Virus record (IMG/VR): IMGVR_UViG_3300016472_000394
Coordinates: 1-62,137 of that record
Source of the DNA: a virus
Lineage: Duplodnaviria > Caudoviricetes
Direction: 5' to 3' (one strand)
Length of the DNA: 62,137 nucleotides
The notes beneath the pieces were generated by a model. It was not told the origin of the DNA. It did no database searches and saw only the letters and a program-made list of their open reading frames with translations. Positions 49,021 through 56,106 of this stretch are shown here, piece by piece. A program made the position numbers and the translations under genes. How positions within the stretch are numbered: position 1 is the stretch's first letter; each line of letters starts with the position of its first letter.

Positions 49021-49359
49021 TTATTTCCAAAATAGTTGAATTAGTATAAGTATGATAGCAACACCCAATGATACTATAGTTTTTATATTAAGTGTTTCTC
49101 TAAACACCGAAGTTGCCATTACTGCAAAAACAATAATACCAATACCAAACCCAATAATTCTGCTTGGCCAGATTAATCCATTATAGTGAGTGATTATTTG
49201 ACGAACTGATTCTATGTACATCATAGAAATAGGAATACTCATCAAAACTACCAACCAATAATTTTCTCTAAACCAAGAAAACTTTAAATGACCTTGAAGT
49301 TGCAAAAAAGTAAATATTTGTGCAAAAAACATCAAAACCATTCCTATAACTAATCTCAT
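49021..49359 (-). CDS. Small four-TM membrane protein (SMR/EamA-like)
   Basis: Four hydrophobic helices. Confidence 0.55.
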   Translation of the reverse strand: MRLVIGMVLMFFAQIFTFLQLQGHLKFSWFRENYWLVVLMSIPISMMYIESVRQIITHYNGLIWPSRIIGFGIGIIVFAVMATSVFRETLNIKTIVSLGVAIILILIQLFWK

Positions 49360-49414
49360 ATATAATAAGTATTACATCAATGTTATTGAAGTGTTAATAA
49401 ATTGTTAATATTTG

Positions 49415-49488
49415 TAGGGGAAGCGGGACTCGAACCCACAACCTCGTGCTCCCAAAGCACGTAATCTAACCAATTGATATATTCCCCT
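49415..49488 (-). tRNA. tRNA-Pro(TGG)
   Basis: CGTGC-TTTGGGA-GCACG. Confidence 0.9.
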
Positions 49489-49493
49489 GAATG

Positions 49494-49567
49494 CGGTTCG
49501 TATGGGAATCGAACCCATGACCTTCGCAGTGACAGTGCGATATTGTACCCAACTCTACTAACGAACC
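49494..49567 (-). tRNA. tRNA-Asp(GTC)
   Basis: TCGCA-CTGTCAC-TGCGA. Confidence 0.9.
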
Positions 49568-49572
49568 ATTTG

Positions 49573-49645
49573 AGCTTCCTGTCGGATTCGAACCAACGAC
49601 CATCCGCTTACAAAACGGGAGCTCTACCAACTGAGCTAAGGAAGC
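49573..49645 (-). tRNA. tRNA-Thr(TGT)
   Basis: Loop TT-TGT-AA. Confidence 0.9.
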
Positions 49646-49653
49646 ATTTTTTG

Positions 49654-49727
49654 TGGACCGTACCAGAGTCGAACCGATGACCTTCTGAGTGCAAATCAGA
49701 CGTTCTAGCCAACTGAACTAACAGCCC
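49654..49727 (-). tRNA. tRNA-Ala(TGC)
   Basis: Loop TT-TGC-AC, G3:U70. Confidence 0.88.
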
Positions 49728-49729
49728 TT

Positions 49730-49807
49730 TGGTTGCGGGGGAGGGAATCGAACCCTCGTAGTTGGGCTTATGAGACCCAGCTGGCACCATCTCCAGTCTA
49801 CCCCGCG
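49730..49807 (-). tRNA. tRNA-fMet(CAT), initiator-like
   Basis: C1:A72 mismatch, loop CT-CAT-AA, encoded CCA. Confidence 0.85.
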
Positions 49808-49831
49808 ATGTTGTAAAGTATAATACTTTTG

Positions 49832-49906
49832 TACTCCGTACGGGACTCGAACCCGTAAGCTTTCCCGTGAAAGGGGAATGTCCTAAACCAATTAGACGAA
49901 CGGAGC
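49832..49906 (-). tRNA. tRNA-Glu(TTC)
   Basis: TTCCC-CTTTCAC-GGGAA. Confidence 0.9.
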
Positions 49907-49915
49907 GTCTTTTTG

Positions 49916-49987
49916 CGTCCTGAAAAGGATTCGAACCGATGACCTAACGCTTAACAGGCGTTTGCTCTACCTCTGAGCTATCAAGAC
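49916..49987 (-). tRNA. tRNA-Asn(GTT), T-stem with two mismatches
   Basis: AACGC-CTGTTAA-GCGTT; T-stem ATCGG/CCTTT. Confidence 0.78.
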
Positions 49988-49995
49988 AAATAATG

Positions 49996-50078
49996 TATCG
50001 AAGGTGGGACTCGAACCCACATTGCTGTTTAGCGCTGGTTTCTAAAACCAGTATGTCTGCCAATTCCATCACTTCGAT
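49996..50078 (-). tRNA. tRNA-Leu(TAG)
   Basis: CTGGT-TTTAGAA-ACCAG, long variable arm. Confidence 0.9.
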
Positions 50079-50116
50079 ATAAATATACGAAATATTTTTT
50101 ATATTTCCAAATTTTG

Positions 50117-50205
50117 TGGAAGATATTGGATTCGAACCAATGAACCGGTTTTACCGATTAACACCTTAGCAGGGTGCCGCTTTAGACCTACTCAGCCAAT
50201 CTTCC
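50117..50205 (-). tRNA. tRNA-Ser(GCT)
   Basis: Loop CT-GCT-AA, long variable arm. Confidence 0.9.
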
Positions 50206-50209
50206 TTTG

Positions 50210-50281
50210 GGTGATTAATGGGTTTCGAACCCATACTAACAGAATCACAATCTGTCGTGCTACCATTACACTATAAACACC
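50210..50281 (-). tRNA. tRNA-His(GTG)
   Basis: Loop TT-GTG-AT, G-1:C73. Confidence 0.88.
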
Positions 50282-50296
50282 ATAGATAAAATTTAG

Positions 50297-50370
50297 TAGC
50301 GAGAAGCATAATTGAACTGCCGACCTTAGGGTTATGAATCCTACGCTCTAACCATCTGAGATATCTCGCC
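50297..50370 (-). tRNA. tRNA-Met(CAT), elongator-type
   Basis: GGCGAGA/TCTCGCT-A, loop TT-CAT-AA. Confidence 0.82.
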
Positions 50371-50374
50371 ATTT

Positions 50375-50448
50375 TGGCGCGGGTGCAAGGATTCGAACCA
50401 TGATACTACCTTTGTAGTAAAGTGTGATATCCATTACACTAAGAAACT
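50375..50448 (-). pseudogene. Chimeric pseudo-tRNA (5' half and 3' half from different tRNAs)
   Basis: Intact D- and T-loops and encoded CCA, but acceptor strands AGTTTCT / CACCCGC do not pair and the anticodon stem is broken. Confidence 0.65.
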
Positions 50449-50453
50449 ATTTG

Positions 50454-50526
50454 CACACCGTCAGGGAATCGAACCCATGTCCATGCGAGGTTTTGGAGAC
50501 CTGCTGCTTCCTTAAGCTACGGTGTA
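50454..50526 (-). tRNA. tRNA-Trp(CCA), atypical (short D-loop, bulged arms)
   Basis: AGGT-CTCCAAA-ACCT; D-arm GCTT-AAGG-AAGC. Confidence 0.7.
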
Positions 50527-50573
50527 TGTATTCTCCACTACTAGTTAGGTTTCAACACACCCACTTTTTTTTG

Positions 50574-50644
50574 AGGTACTGGTTGGATTTGAACCAACAT
50601 AAGAGCTTTTGCAGAGCTCCACCTTGCCAATCGGACACAGTACC
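50574..50644 (-). tRNA. tRNA-Cys(GCA)
   Basis: GAGCT-CTGCAAA-AGCTC, U73. Confidence 0.9.
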
Positions 50645-50650
50645 GAAATG

Positions 50651-50722
50651 TGGTTCTTAAACGATTCGAACGTTTAATTCTTCGTCCGTAGCGAAGTGGT
50701 TTATCCGTTAGCCTAAAGAACC
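50651..50722 (-). tRNA. tRNA-Arg(ACG)
   Basis: CTTCG-CTACGGA-CGAAG. Confidence 0.88.
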
Positions 50723-50728
50723 CAAATG

Positions 50729-50802
50729 TTGGAATAGCCGGATTCGAACCAGCGACCTTTTGAATATCAGTCAAATGCTCTAACCTGCTGAGCTATATTC
50801 CA
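50729..50802 (-). tRNA. tRNA-Ile(GAT)
   Basis: TTTGA-CTGATAT-TCAAA. Confidence 0.9.
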
Positions 50803-50807
50803 ATGTG

Positions 50808-50880
50808 TGACCCCGAGCAGGATCGAACTGCTACTCCCCTGATTAAAAGTCAGGTGCTTTACCAATTAAGCTACGAGGTC
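50808..50880 (-). tRNA. tRNA-Lys(TTT)
   Basis: CCTGA-CTTTTAA-TCAGG. Confidence 0.92.
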
Positions 50881-50885
50881 ATTTG

Positions 50886-50958
50886 TACTCTCGACAGGAT
50901 TTGAACCTGTAACCTCGATGGTATAAGCATCTTGCGCTAACCGTTGCGCCACGAGAGC
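50886..50958 (-). tRNA. tRNA-Ile(TAT)
   Basis: GATG-CTTATAC-CATC; GCTCTCG/CGAGAGT-A. Confidence 0.85.
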
Positions 50959-50967
50959 ATTTTTTAT

Positions 50968-51144
50968 TTATTTATTTTGTTTTTCACTCCTTTGTTCTCG
51001 TTCCCACAATAAGTTCCCTATAATTACACCGGATGCAATTGATGAACCAATTTTTAAAAGGATATTAGGTACAAATATAGAACAGATTAATAAAACGGCT
51101 GATAATATCCACAATAGGATAGGCGATTCTAGAAAGTTTTTCAT
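50968..51144 (-). CDS. Small two-TM membrane protein (58 aa)
   Basis: Manual translation MKNFLESPILLWILSAVLLICSIFVPNILLKIGSSIASGVIIGNLLWERE... Confidence 0.55.
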   Translation of the reverse strand: MKNFLESPILLWILSAVLLICSIFVPNILLKIGSSIASGVIIGNLLWEREQRSEKQNK

Positions 51145-51224
51145 AATGTAAATTTAGTAAGTGGTTTATTTTTAATCTTGTTTTTGTACTTTAAGTATAA
51201 TTCTTTATTTTTATTTAAACTTAT

Positions 51225-51428
51225 TTAGGACTTAATTTGCTGAATGATATGAGAGTTACTTTTCTTATCATAAGAAACATTCTCTTTTGGTATTATTTCC
51301 ACTTCGCTGATTAAAATTTTACAAGGTTCATCTAAATACCAGATATGCTCCGGGTCACTTTCGTGAATTATCCCAACTTCACAATATTTTGGGTCGATTC
51401 CCGGTGGTTGAAAATAGATTGTTTCCAT
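51225..51428 (-). CDS. Hypothetical protein (cassette ORF after tRNA-like element 1)
   Basis: A-rich leader AAAAAATAAAGTT-ATG. Confidence 0.65.
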   Translation of the reverse strand: METIYFQPPGIDPKYCEVGIIHESDPEHIWYLDEPCKILISEVEIIPKENVSYDKKSNSHIIQQIKS

Positions 51429-51443
51429 AACTTTATTTTTTAG

Positions 51444-51551
51444 TAGTCAGTACAGGATTCGAACCTGTGGTGAGTTTGTTTTTTCATGCTACTGCGGATT
51501 GTCTACTCACTTACCGCAATTTGTCAGCGAAAACCATTTCGCCACCTGACT
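51444..51551 (-). ncRNA. tRNA-like element 1 (anticodon arm replaced by a pseudoknot-capable insert)
   Basis: AGTCAGG-TG-GCGAAATGGTTTTCGC ... ACAGG-TTCGAAT-CCTGT-ACTGACT-A. Confidence 0.75.
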
Positions 51552-51558
51552 ATATGTA

Positions 51559-51810
51559 TTATTTTTCCAAATATTCTTTTACCAAACGAAGAATTATTTC
51601 GATTCTATCTTCGGTTACTTCATATTCCCAAAACAAAAACTTCTTTTTAGTTTTTTGAGCATAATCTGCAAGTCCGTTATTCTTACTCTCTATCACACCG
51701 AAATGCACAAGGCATGCTTCCATGTAACCTAAGTAAATTGCATCATGTAGATGTCTTTTAGGGTTGTGATATTGTTTGTAACAATTTTCTAAGTGTCCTT
51801 TTTTCAACAT
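51559..51810 (-). CDS. Hypothetical protein (cassette ORF between tRNA-like elements 2 and 1)
   Basis: 83-aa ORF, leader AAAATAAAAGTT-ATG. Confidence 0.65.
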   Translation of the reverse strand: MLKKGHLENCYKQYHNPKRHLHDAIYLGYMEACLVHFGVIESKNNGLADYAQKTKKKFLFWEYEVTEDRIEIILRLVKEYLEK

Positions 51811-51824
51811 AACTTTTATTTTAG

Positions 51825-51853
51825 TAGTCAGGACAGGATTTTGCCACCTGACT
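51825..51853 (-). repeat. tRNA-like element 2 (collapsed: only the 5' and 3' ends remain)
   Basis: AGTCAGGTGGCAAAATCCTGTCCTGACTA. Confidence 0.75.
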
Positions 51854-51858
51854 ATTTT

Positions 51859-51978
51859 TTATGTAAACAAATATAATAGGATTAATATACAAGATATTAG
51901 AACGTAGAATCCAACTGGGTCGAAAGGATAAAGTACTTCTTCTATTTTTTTATGTGCATTAATAAACATTTTTTTCAT
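51859..51978 (-). CDS. Small TM protein (39 aa; cassette ORF between elements 3 and 2)
   Basis: Manual translation MKKMFINAHKKIEEVLYPFDPVGFYVLISCILILLYLFT. Confidence 0.55.
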   Translation of the reverse strand: MKKMFINAHKKIEEVLYPFDPVGFYVLISCILILLYLFT

Positions 51979-51993
51979 AACATATATTTTAAG

Positions 51994-52066
51994 TAGTCAG
52001 GACAGGATTCGAACCTATACAATAGAGCAACCGCTCATAGCGTTTAACCAATTTCGCCACCTGACT
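51994..52066 (-). ncRNA. tRNA-like element 3 (anticodon arm replaced by a tetraloop hairpin)
   Basis: AGTCAGG-TG-GCGAAATTGGTTAAACGC-TAT-GAGC-GGTT-GCTC-...-ATAGG-TTCGAAT-CCTGT-CCTGACT-A. Confidence 0.75.
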
Positions 52067-52072
52067 ATTTGT

Positions 52073-52150
52073 GCTCCTTATTCTCTTACCCTTTTATTTC
52101 GGAGCTGACCTGCTTATCTTTAAATACGAGTTTCTCAAGGGTACAGGTCA
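52073..52150 (-). ncRNA. Putative structured RNA with two hairpins and complementary (kissing) loops
   Basis: TGACCTG/CAGGTCA, GCTCC/GGAGC, ACCCTT/AAGGGT; directly downstream of a promoter-like motif. Confidence 0.5.
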
Positions 52151-52160
52151 TCTTTTTATA

Positions 52161-52195
52161 GTATAAATATACAAAAAGATTTTTAATTATCCAAA
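52161..52195 (-). promoter_or_regulatory. Promoter (TTTGG...TATATTTA) driving the ncRNA/tRNA-like array
   Basis: Same architecture also near 44683-44713, 44910-44943, 50079-50111, 57705-57735. Confidence 0.55.
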
Positions 52196-52312
52196 TAAAT
52201 TCATCATAATAATCGCAAAAAGAAATCCAAATAAAACAACCACAATAGAACCCCAAAAATCAATAGGTTCTTCTTTCATAAAATCACGCAATTCATTAAA
52301 CATAGTTTTCAT
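52187..52312 (-). CDS. Small TM protein (41 aa)
   Basis: Manual translation MKTMFNELRDFMKEEPIDFWGSIVVVLFGFLFAIIMMNLFG. Confidence 0.45.
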   Translation of the reverse strand: MKTMFNELRDFMKEEPIDFWGSIVVVLFGFLFAIIMMNLFG

Positions 52313-52315
52313 AAT

Positions 52316-52657
52316 TTATCGGTTTATATAAACAGGTCCATATACATCATAGGTACATCCTTCAACAACATTACCACGAGGAATGGGAGCGGGAGAACGC
52401 CAAGAAGCTGCTTTCATCAAATCTGCTCGTCGATATGGACGACCACCTAATGAACCATCCCTTCGGGCGATAAATCCCCATGCACTACCATTAACATCAA
52501 TTTTGTAAAATTTAGAACCCTTTGTTAAGTTGATTACAGGTTCATTTAATAATTCAAATCTTTCTTTATAATACCCCTTTAATTGTCCGGTCAAAATTTC
52601 CATAAACTCTTCAATGGTTTGACATGGGGGGGATGTTAATTGTGTAACTGATGACAT
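52316..52657 (-). CDS. Conserved hypothetical phage protein
   Basis: KFYKI...AWGFIA...DLMKAASWRSPA...RGNV motif common in phage early proteins. Confidence 0.7.
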   Translation of the reverse strand: MSSVTQLTSPPCQTIEEFMEILTGQLKGYYKERFELLNEPVINLTKGSKFYKIDVNGSAWGFIARRDGSLGGRPYRRADLMKAASWRSPAPIPRGNVVEGCTYDVYGPVYINR

Positions 52658-52662
52658 ATTTT

Positions 52663-52914
52663 TTATATTAAAGAATTTACCATACTTTGTGCTCGATATA
52701 TTTGAGCGTATTTAACTGCAATCCAATTGGGAACTCCACCCTGAGTAAATTGAAATTCAAAATTTGAAATTAACTCTTTAACTAACGTTAAATTCTCATT
52801 GTCAATTTCTTTAAATATTCGTTCTAATTCCACATCCATTCGTTTACCATATTCAACCCAATATAAAGAACGAATCTCAATATAGGCAGGTATTAGTTTT
52901 TTGATAAAATTCAT
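52663..52914 (-). CDS. Hypothetical early protein
   Basis: Follows a promoter cassette. Confidence 0.6.
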   Translation of the reverse strand: MNFIKKLIPAYIEIRSLYWVEYGKRMDVELERIFKEIDNENLTLVKELISNFEFQFTQGGVPNWIAVKYAQIYRAQSMVNSLI

Positions 52915-52943
52915 ATTTTTAGGGGGTTTAGTTTCTCTCTCAA

Positions 52944-53007
52944 TTACAAAGTAAAGATAAGTATAAATCGGTTAATAACCAAACTTTTGGTGTTAAATAA
53001 TTGTTAA
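52944..53007 (-). promoter_or_regulatory. 64-bp early promoter cassette
   Basis: Consensus match; overlaps upstream gene stop. Confidence 0.78.
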
Positions 53008-53279
53008 GTTTTTGAATCACCTTCATCAAACCATTCTACATCACCACCAACCATAAGTTGGTTATCTTCCAATAATGTCCAATACCGCTCTTTCCACTTA
53101 TCTAATTCAACACCATCTATGAGTTGAACCTGTCCGGTTTTTTTAGCAAGATATGCAATACCCCAATTAAGCAGTTCATCTGCCTGATTTAATAACCCAT
53201 CTTCTAGCAACATCAATATCCGCTTATAATTTTCGGTTATGGTATCTAATTTTTTTGGTTTTCTTCCTCGCTTTTTCAT
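53004..53279 (-). CDS. Hypothetical protein
   Basis: 91 aa; N-terminal basic KKRGRKPKK. Confidence 0.6.
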   Translation of the reverse strand: MKKRGRKPKKLDTITENYKRILMLLEDGLLNQADELLNWGIAYLAKKTGQVQLIDGVELDKWKERYWTLLEDNQLMVGGDVEWFDEGDSKT

Positions 53280-53291
53280 ATGTATAGAATT

Positions 53292-53510
53292 TTATCGGTA
53301 TAAAGTTACAATTGACCCAAAATTAGAGTCAAATACCCTAATCAAATTTTCGTAATCACCACTCATCATTTCTTTTACGATTTCTTTGGAATTAAATCCT
53401 AATTGTTTGGAAAGATTTTGAGCAAGACCGATGAGATAAAACGCATTTCCCTGAGGACCTGTTAAATCAACTTCAATAGCTGAATTTTTTACTTTTTGTT
53501 TGATTGCCAT
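53292..53510 (-). CDS. Conserved hypothetical phage protein
   Basis: IEVDLTGPQGNAFYLIG...MMSGDYENL. Confidence 0.7.
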   Translation of the reverse strand: MAIKQKVKNSAIEVDLTGPQGNAFYLIGLAQNLSKQLGFNSKEIVKEMMSGDYENLIRVFDSNFGSIVTLYR

Positions 53511-53610
53511 AATTTTTATTTTTTATTATTGATACGATTAGAAACTTTTAGATTTTCGTTGATAGCTATTAGTAGGAAAATACCCACAATTGATAAAAAT
53601 ACCATAACTT

Positions 53611-54165
53611 TTATTTTGAAAGGGATTGAATTACACTTAATGCTTTACTAACCACTTTTTGGTCAGATATATATTGTACGGTTTCATTGAATTCCCGTCC
53701 CGCATTCATCACCTCATTCACTACCCATTCAACTTTACCAAATGGAGCACGATTATCAACAAACACATACTTAACCCAAGCTTCCAACACCATACCCGTC
53801 AAACCACAAACCGAACCTGAATTTTCGTAATCCTCATAAATATCATACATACCATTCCACTTACCATACTCCCAAAGGTTGGCAAATTTTTCTACCTCAT
53901 ACGCAATTTGTGAGTCAACGGGAGCACCCATTTTGGTGTAGAGATTAATTCGAAGAGAATTACCACCGGAGAAAGAGTCCGATTTTACGGAACACATAAC
54001 CCCACTATAATTCATTTTAACAAATTGCTTTACCAATGAACCAGCGATGGGGGCATTGATATAAATGTATTTTTCACCCGAATTTGAACCATAGGTTTTA
54101 GTACGGATAGCTGTGGTGGGAACTTCAAAGTTCTGACCGTTGATTTGAATTACCATTTTTTTCAT
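53611..54165 (-). CDS. LPD29-like domain protein
   Basis: SVKSDSFSGGNSLRI...G.WNGMYDIYEDY...KYVFV. Confidence 0.55.
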   Translation of the reverse strand: MKKMVIQINGQNFEVPTTAIRTKTYGSNSGEKYIYINAPIAGSLVKQFVKMNYSGVMCSVKSDSFSGGNSLRINLYTKMGAPVDSQIAYEVEKFANLWEYGKWNGMYDIYEDYENSGSVCGLTGMVLEAWVKYVFVDNRAPFGKVEWVVNEVMNAGREFNETVQYISDQKVVSKALSVIQSLSK

Positions 54166-54183
54166 AGTGTTTGTTTTTTTAAC

Positions 54184-54247
54184 TTACAATGTAAAGATAG
54201 GGAAGAAATAGCAAATATCCAAGCTTTCAATATTAAATTTGTGTTAA
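54184..54247 (-). promoter_or_regulatory. 64-bp early promoter cassette
   Basis: Consensus match. Confidence 0.78.
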
Positions 54248-54259
54248 GTTTTTATTGGG

Positions 54260-54532
54260 TTATTTTGTTTTAAAAAACCGGAATTCAGTAATACCCCGCT
54301 TCTTATCCAAAAACATAGAGTATTGAATTTCTTTTTGAGTATTTTGATAAGCGTACCAACCGCTGTTACGCTTTTCAGTTACTTTTGTCCAAAATTCACC
54401 ATTCTTTAATAAAGCATTCATAACCATTCGATAGGGTAATTTTCCTATGAACCCCCACTCAACACAATCACCATAATCCCTTATAGGTTTGGAATTTTCG
54501 ATTAACCAATTCAACTCATTAGATCTTTTCAT
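54260..54532 (-). CDS. Hypothetical early protein
   Basis: Follows a promoter cassette. Confidence 0.6.
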   Translation of the reverse strand: MKRSNELNWLIENSKPIRDYGDCVEWGFIGKLPYRMVMNALLKNGEFWTKVTEKRNSGWYAYQNTQKEIQYSMFLDKKRGITEFRFFKTK

Positions 54533-54542
54533 ATCTCAATTA

Positions 54543-54606
54543 TTACGATGTAAAGATCGTAATACTTTATTTAATATCCAAACTCACAATATTAAATAAT
54601 TGTTAA
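54543..54606 (-). promoter_or_regulatory. 64-bp early promoter cassette
   Basis: Consensus match; overlaps upstream gene stop. Confidence 0.75.
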
Positions 54607-55397
54607 ATTTTAAAGTCAAAAAACTCATTTACCTTATTATCAAATTTTTGATAATTATGATTAAATACATTCATATTAAATTCCGGCTTATTTATCCTTT
54701 CATACCCACCAAGCCCTGTCCTTCGCTCAAATATTAGGTCTGCTTCTTTTGGGTTTTTTAAACCCGAATACTCATCATACTTTTTTAAGATTTTTTTAGA
54801 TTCTTTTGATAGTGGATACATATATCTAAACATCAAACCACGAATCCTATCTATCTTTTTATATTCGCAAAAAGAGTGTGTCAACCAAAATATTCGATCC
54901 ACCCCCGCCCACTGTGCATTTTCTTTACATAATTGTTTAGCACTGCGGGGATGTATTTTTTCACCTGTAACCCGATCCATATAAACATCGGTTTTAAAAC
55001 TACCTATATACTTAAAATTTGCAGCCTGATATACAATACCACATTTACCCATAATACCATCAGCAAGTGTATATATAAATTTAACATTCGTATTTTCCCT
55101 AACCCAACTCAACAATAATTTAATAGCTTGAGAACCAAAGTTCCCACCATTTTTATCAGACCGGAAACACATTTTACCTATTTCAAAATAATCGGTAGTA
55201 ATCATATTATCTTTATAAAAGATCTTCTGTATAGTTTGTAGTGGTTGCGTTCCCCACCCCAATGTAATAATACCAACCAATTCATCATTCTCATAATACC
55301 CTAAATACCATTTAGTTAATCTTGGCAGGATCTTACTATAATGATATTTATGTATGAATAAAATTGCAGTATTTTTATGTATCGGTTTTATTTCCAC
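54603..55397 (-). CDS. Second Mom-like (GNAT-fold) DNA modification protein
   Basis: KYHYS, LVGIITLG, FEIGKMC, YTLADG..GKCGIVYQAANFKYIG. Confidence 0.7.
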   Translation of the reverse strand: MEIKPIHKNTAILFIHKYHYSKILPRLTKWYLGYYENDELVGIITLGWGTQPLQTIQKIFYKDNMITTDYFEIGKMCFRSDKNGGNFGSQAIKLLLSWVRENTNVKFIYTLADGIMGKCGIVYQAANFKYIGSFKTDVYMDRVTGEKIHPRSAKQLCKENAQWAGVDRIFWLTHSFCEYKKIDRIRGLMFRYMYPLSKESKKILKKYDEYSGLKNPKEADLIFERRTGLGGYERINKPEFNMNVFNHNYQKFDNKVNEFFDFKI

Positions 55398-55520
55398 TAT
55401 ATTTTGTTAAAATTTATCCACATTTTATAAAAAAAGTGTCCACTAAATTGTGGAGTTCTTATTGACCTTGGGTTTGTAAATCCACAAAGCCATAAATGTA
55501 TTCTAATCTTATCATATATT

Positions 55521-56090
55521 TTATTTGTTAAATAATTCTTTTAAATTTTCTCGTTCTATAATCAATTTAAGCCGCTGCGAATAAGTATCACCTGACTCGG
55601 AATAAGTTTCATCTAACGCATTAAAATAATCGGATTCAGTATTTATATCACCTAAATAACGGCATTGATAAAATGCGTAATCATAAACTGATTCCTGCCA
55701 ACTATTATAATAAGCATGATTTAGTTGAGTTCTTTGAGCTGTTTTAATTCTACTACCCGCCATCTTCATACCAAACAAATTATTGTTTTTTTTGAATACG
55801 ATTGAACTCCAATGACCTGTTTCTAAAATGGATTGAGCAAGAACAATATGTGGGTGTTTTATATTCAAGCTTTTTATCATAGTAATGAGAGCATCTTTAG
55901 AAAAAGGTTCTTCCTCCTTATGGATAATATATACACCTCTTTCTAAATATATACCATTAGATTTACCACCCCACCAATATCCACCCCAAAAAATAACTAT
56001 ACTGAATAAACATATTAAAAACGATAATATTATAATTTGTGGTGTATAATATTTGTACATCATTTTTTTTCTATCATACTTATAGAACAT
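55521..56090 (-). CDS. GH73 glucosaminidase-family peptidoglycan hydrolase with N-terminal TM anchor
   Basis: LAQSILETG...NNLFGMK...YNSWQESV...YSES..Y. Confidence 0.8.
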   Translation of the reverse strand: MFYKYDRKKMMYKYYTPQIIILSFLICLFSIVIFWGGYWWGGKSNGIYLERGVYIIHKEEEPFSKDALITMIKSLNIKHPHIVLAQSILETGHWSSIVFKKNNNLFGMKMAGSRIKTAQRTQLNHAYYNSWQESVYDYAFYQCRYLGDINTESDYFNALDETYSESGDTYSQRLKLIIERENLKELFNK

Positions 56091-56106
56091 ATATTCTTAT
56101 TTATTA

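Noticed and set aside
44678-50774. Short ORFs overlapping tRNA genes (44678-44905, 49474-49680, 49608-49790, 50424-50660, 50541-50774, and the 5' extension of 46272-46976)
   Set aside because: They are translations through GC-rich tRNA sequences
51444-52066. CRISPR array or tmRNA
   Set aside because: Repeats are tRNA-shaped and separated by whole ORFs rather than uniform spacers; no cas genes; no G3-U70 alanine acceptor or tag reading frame
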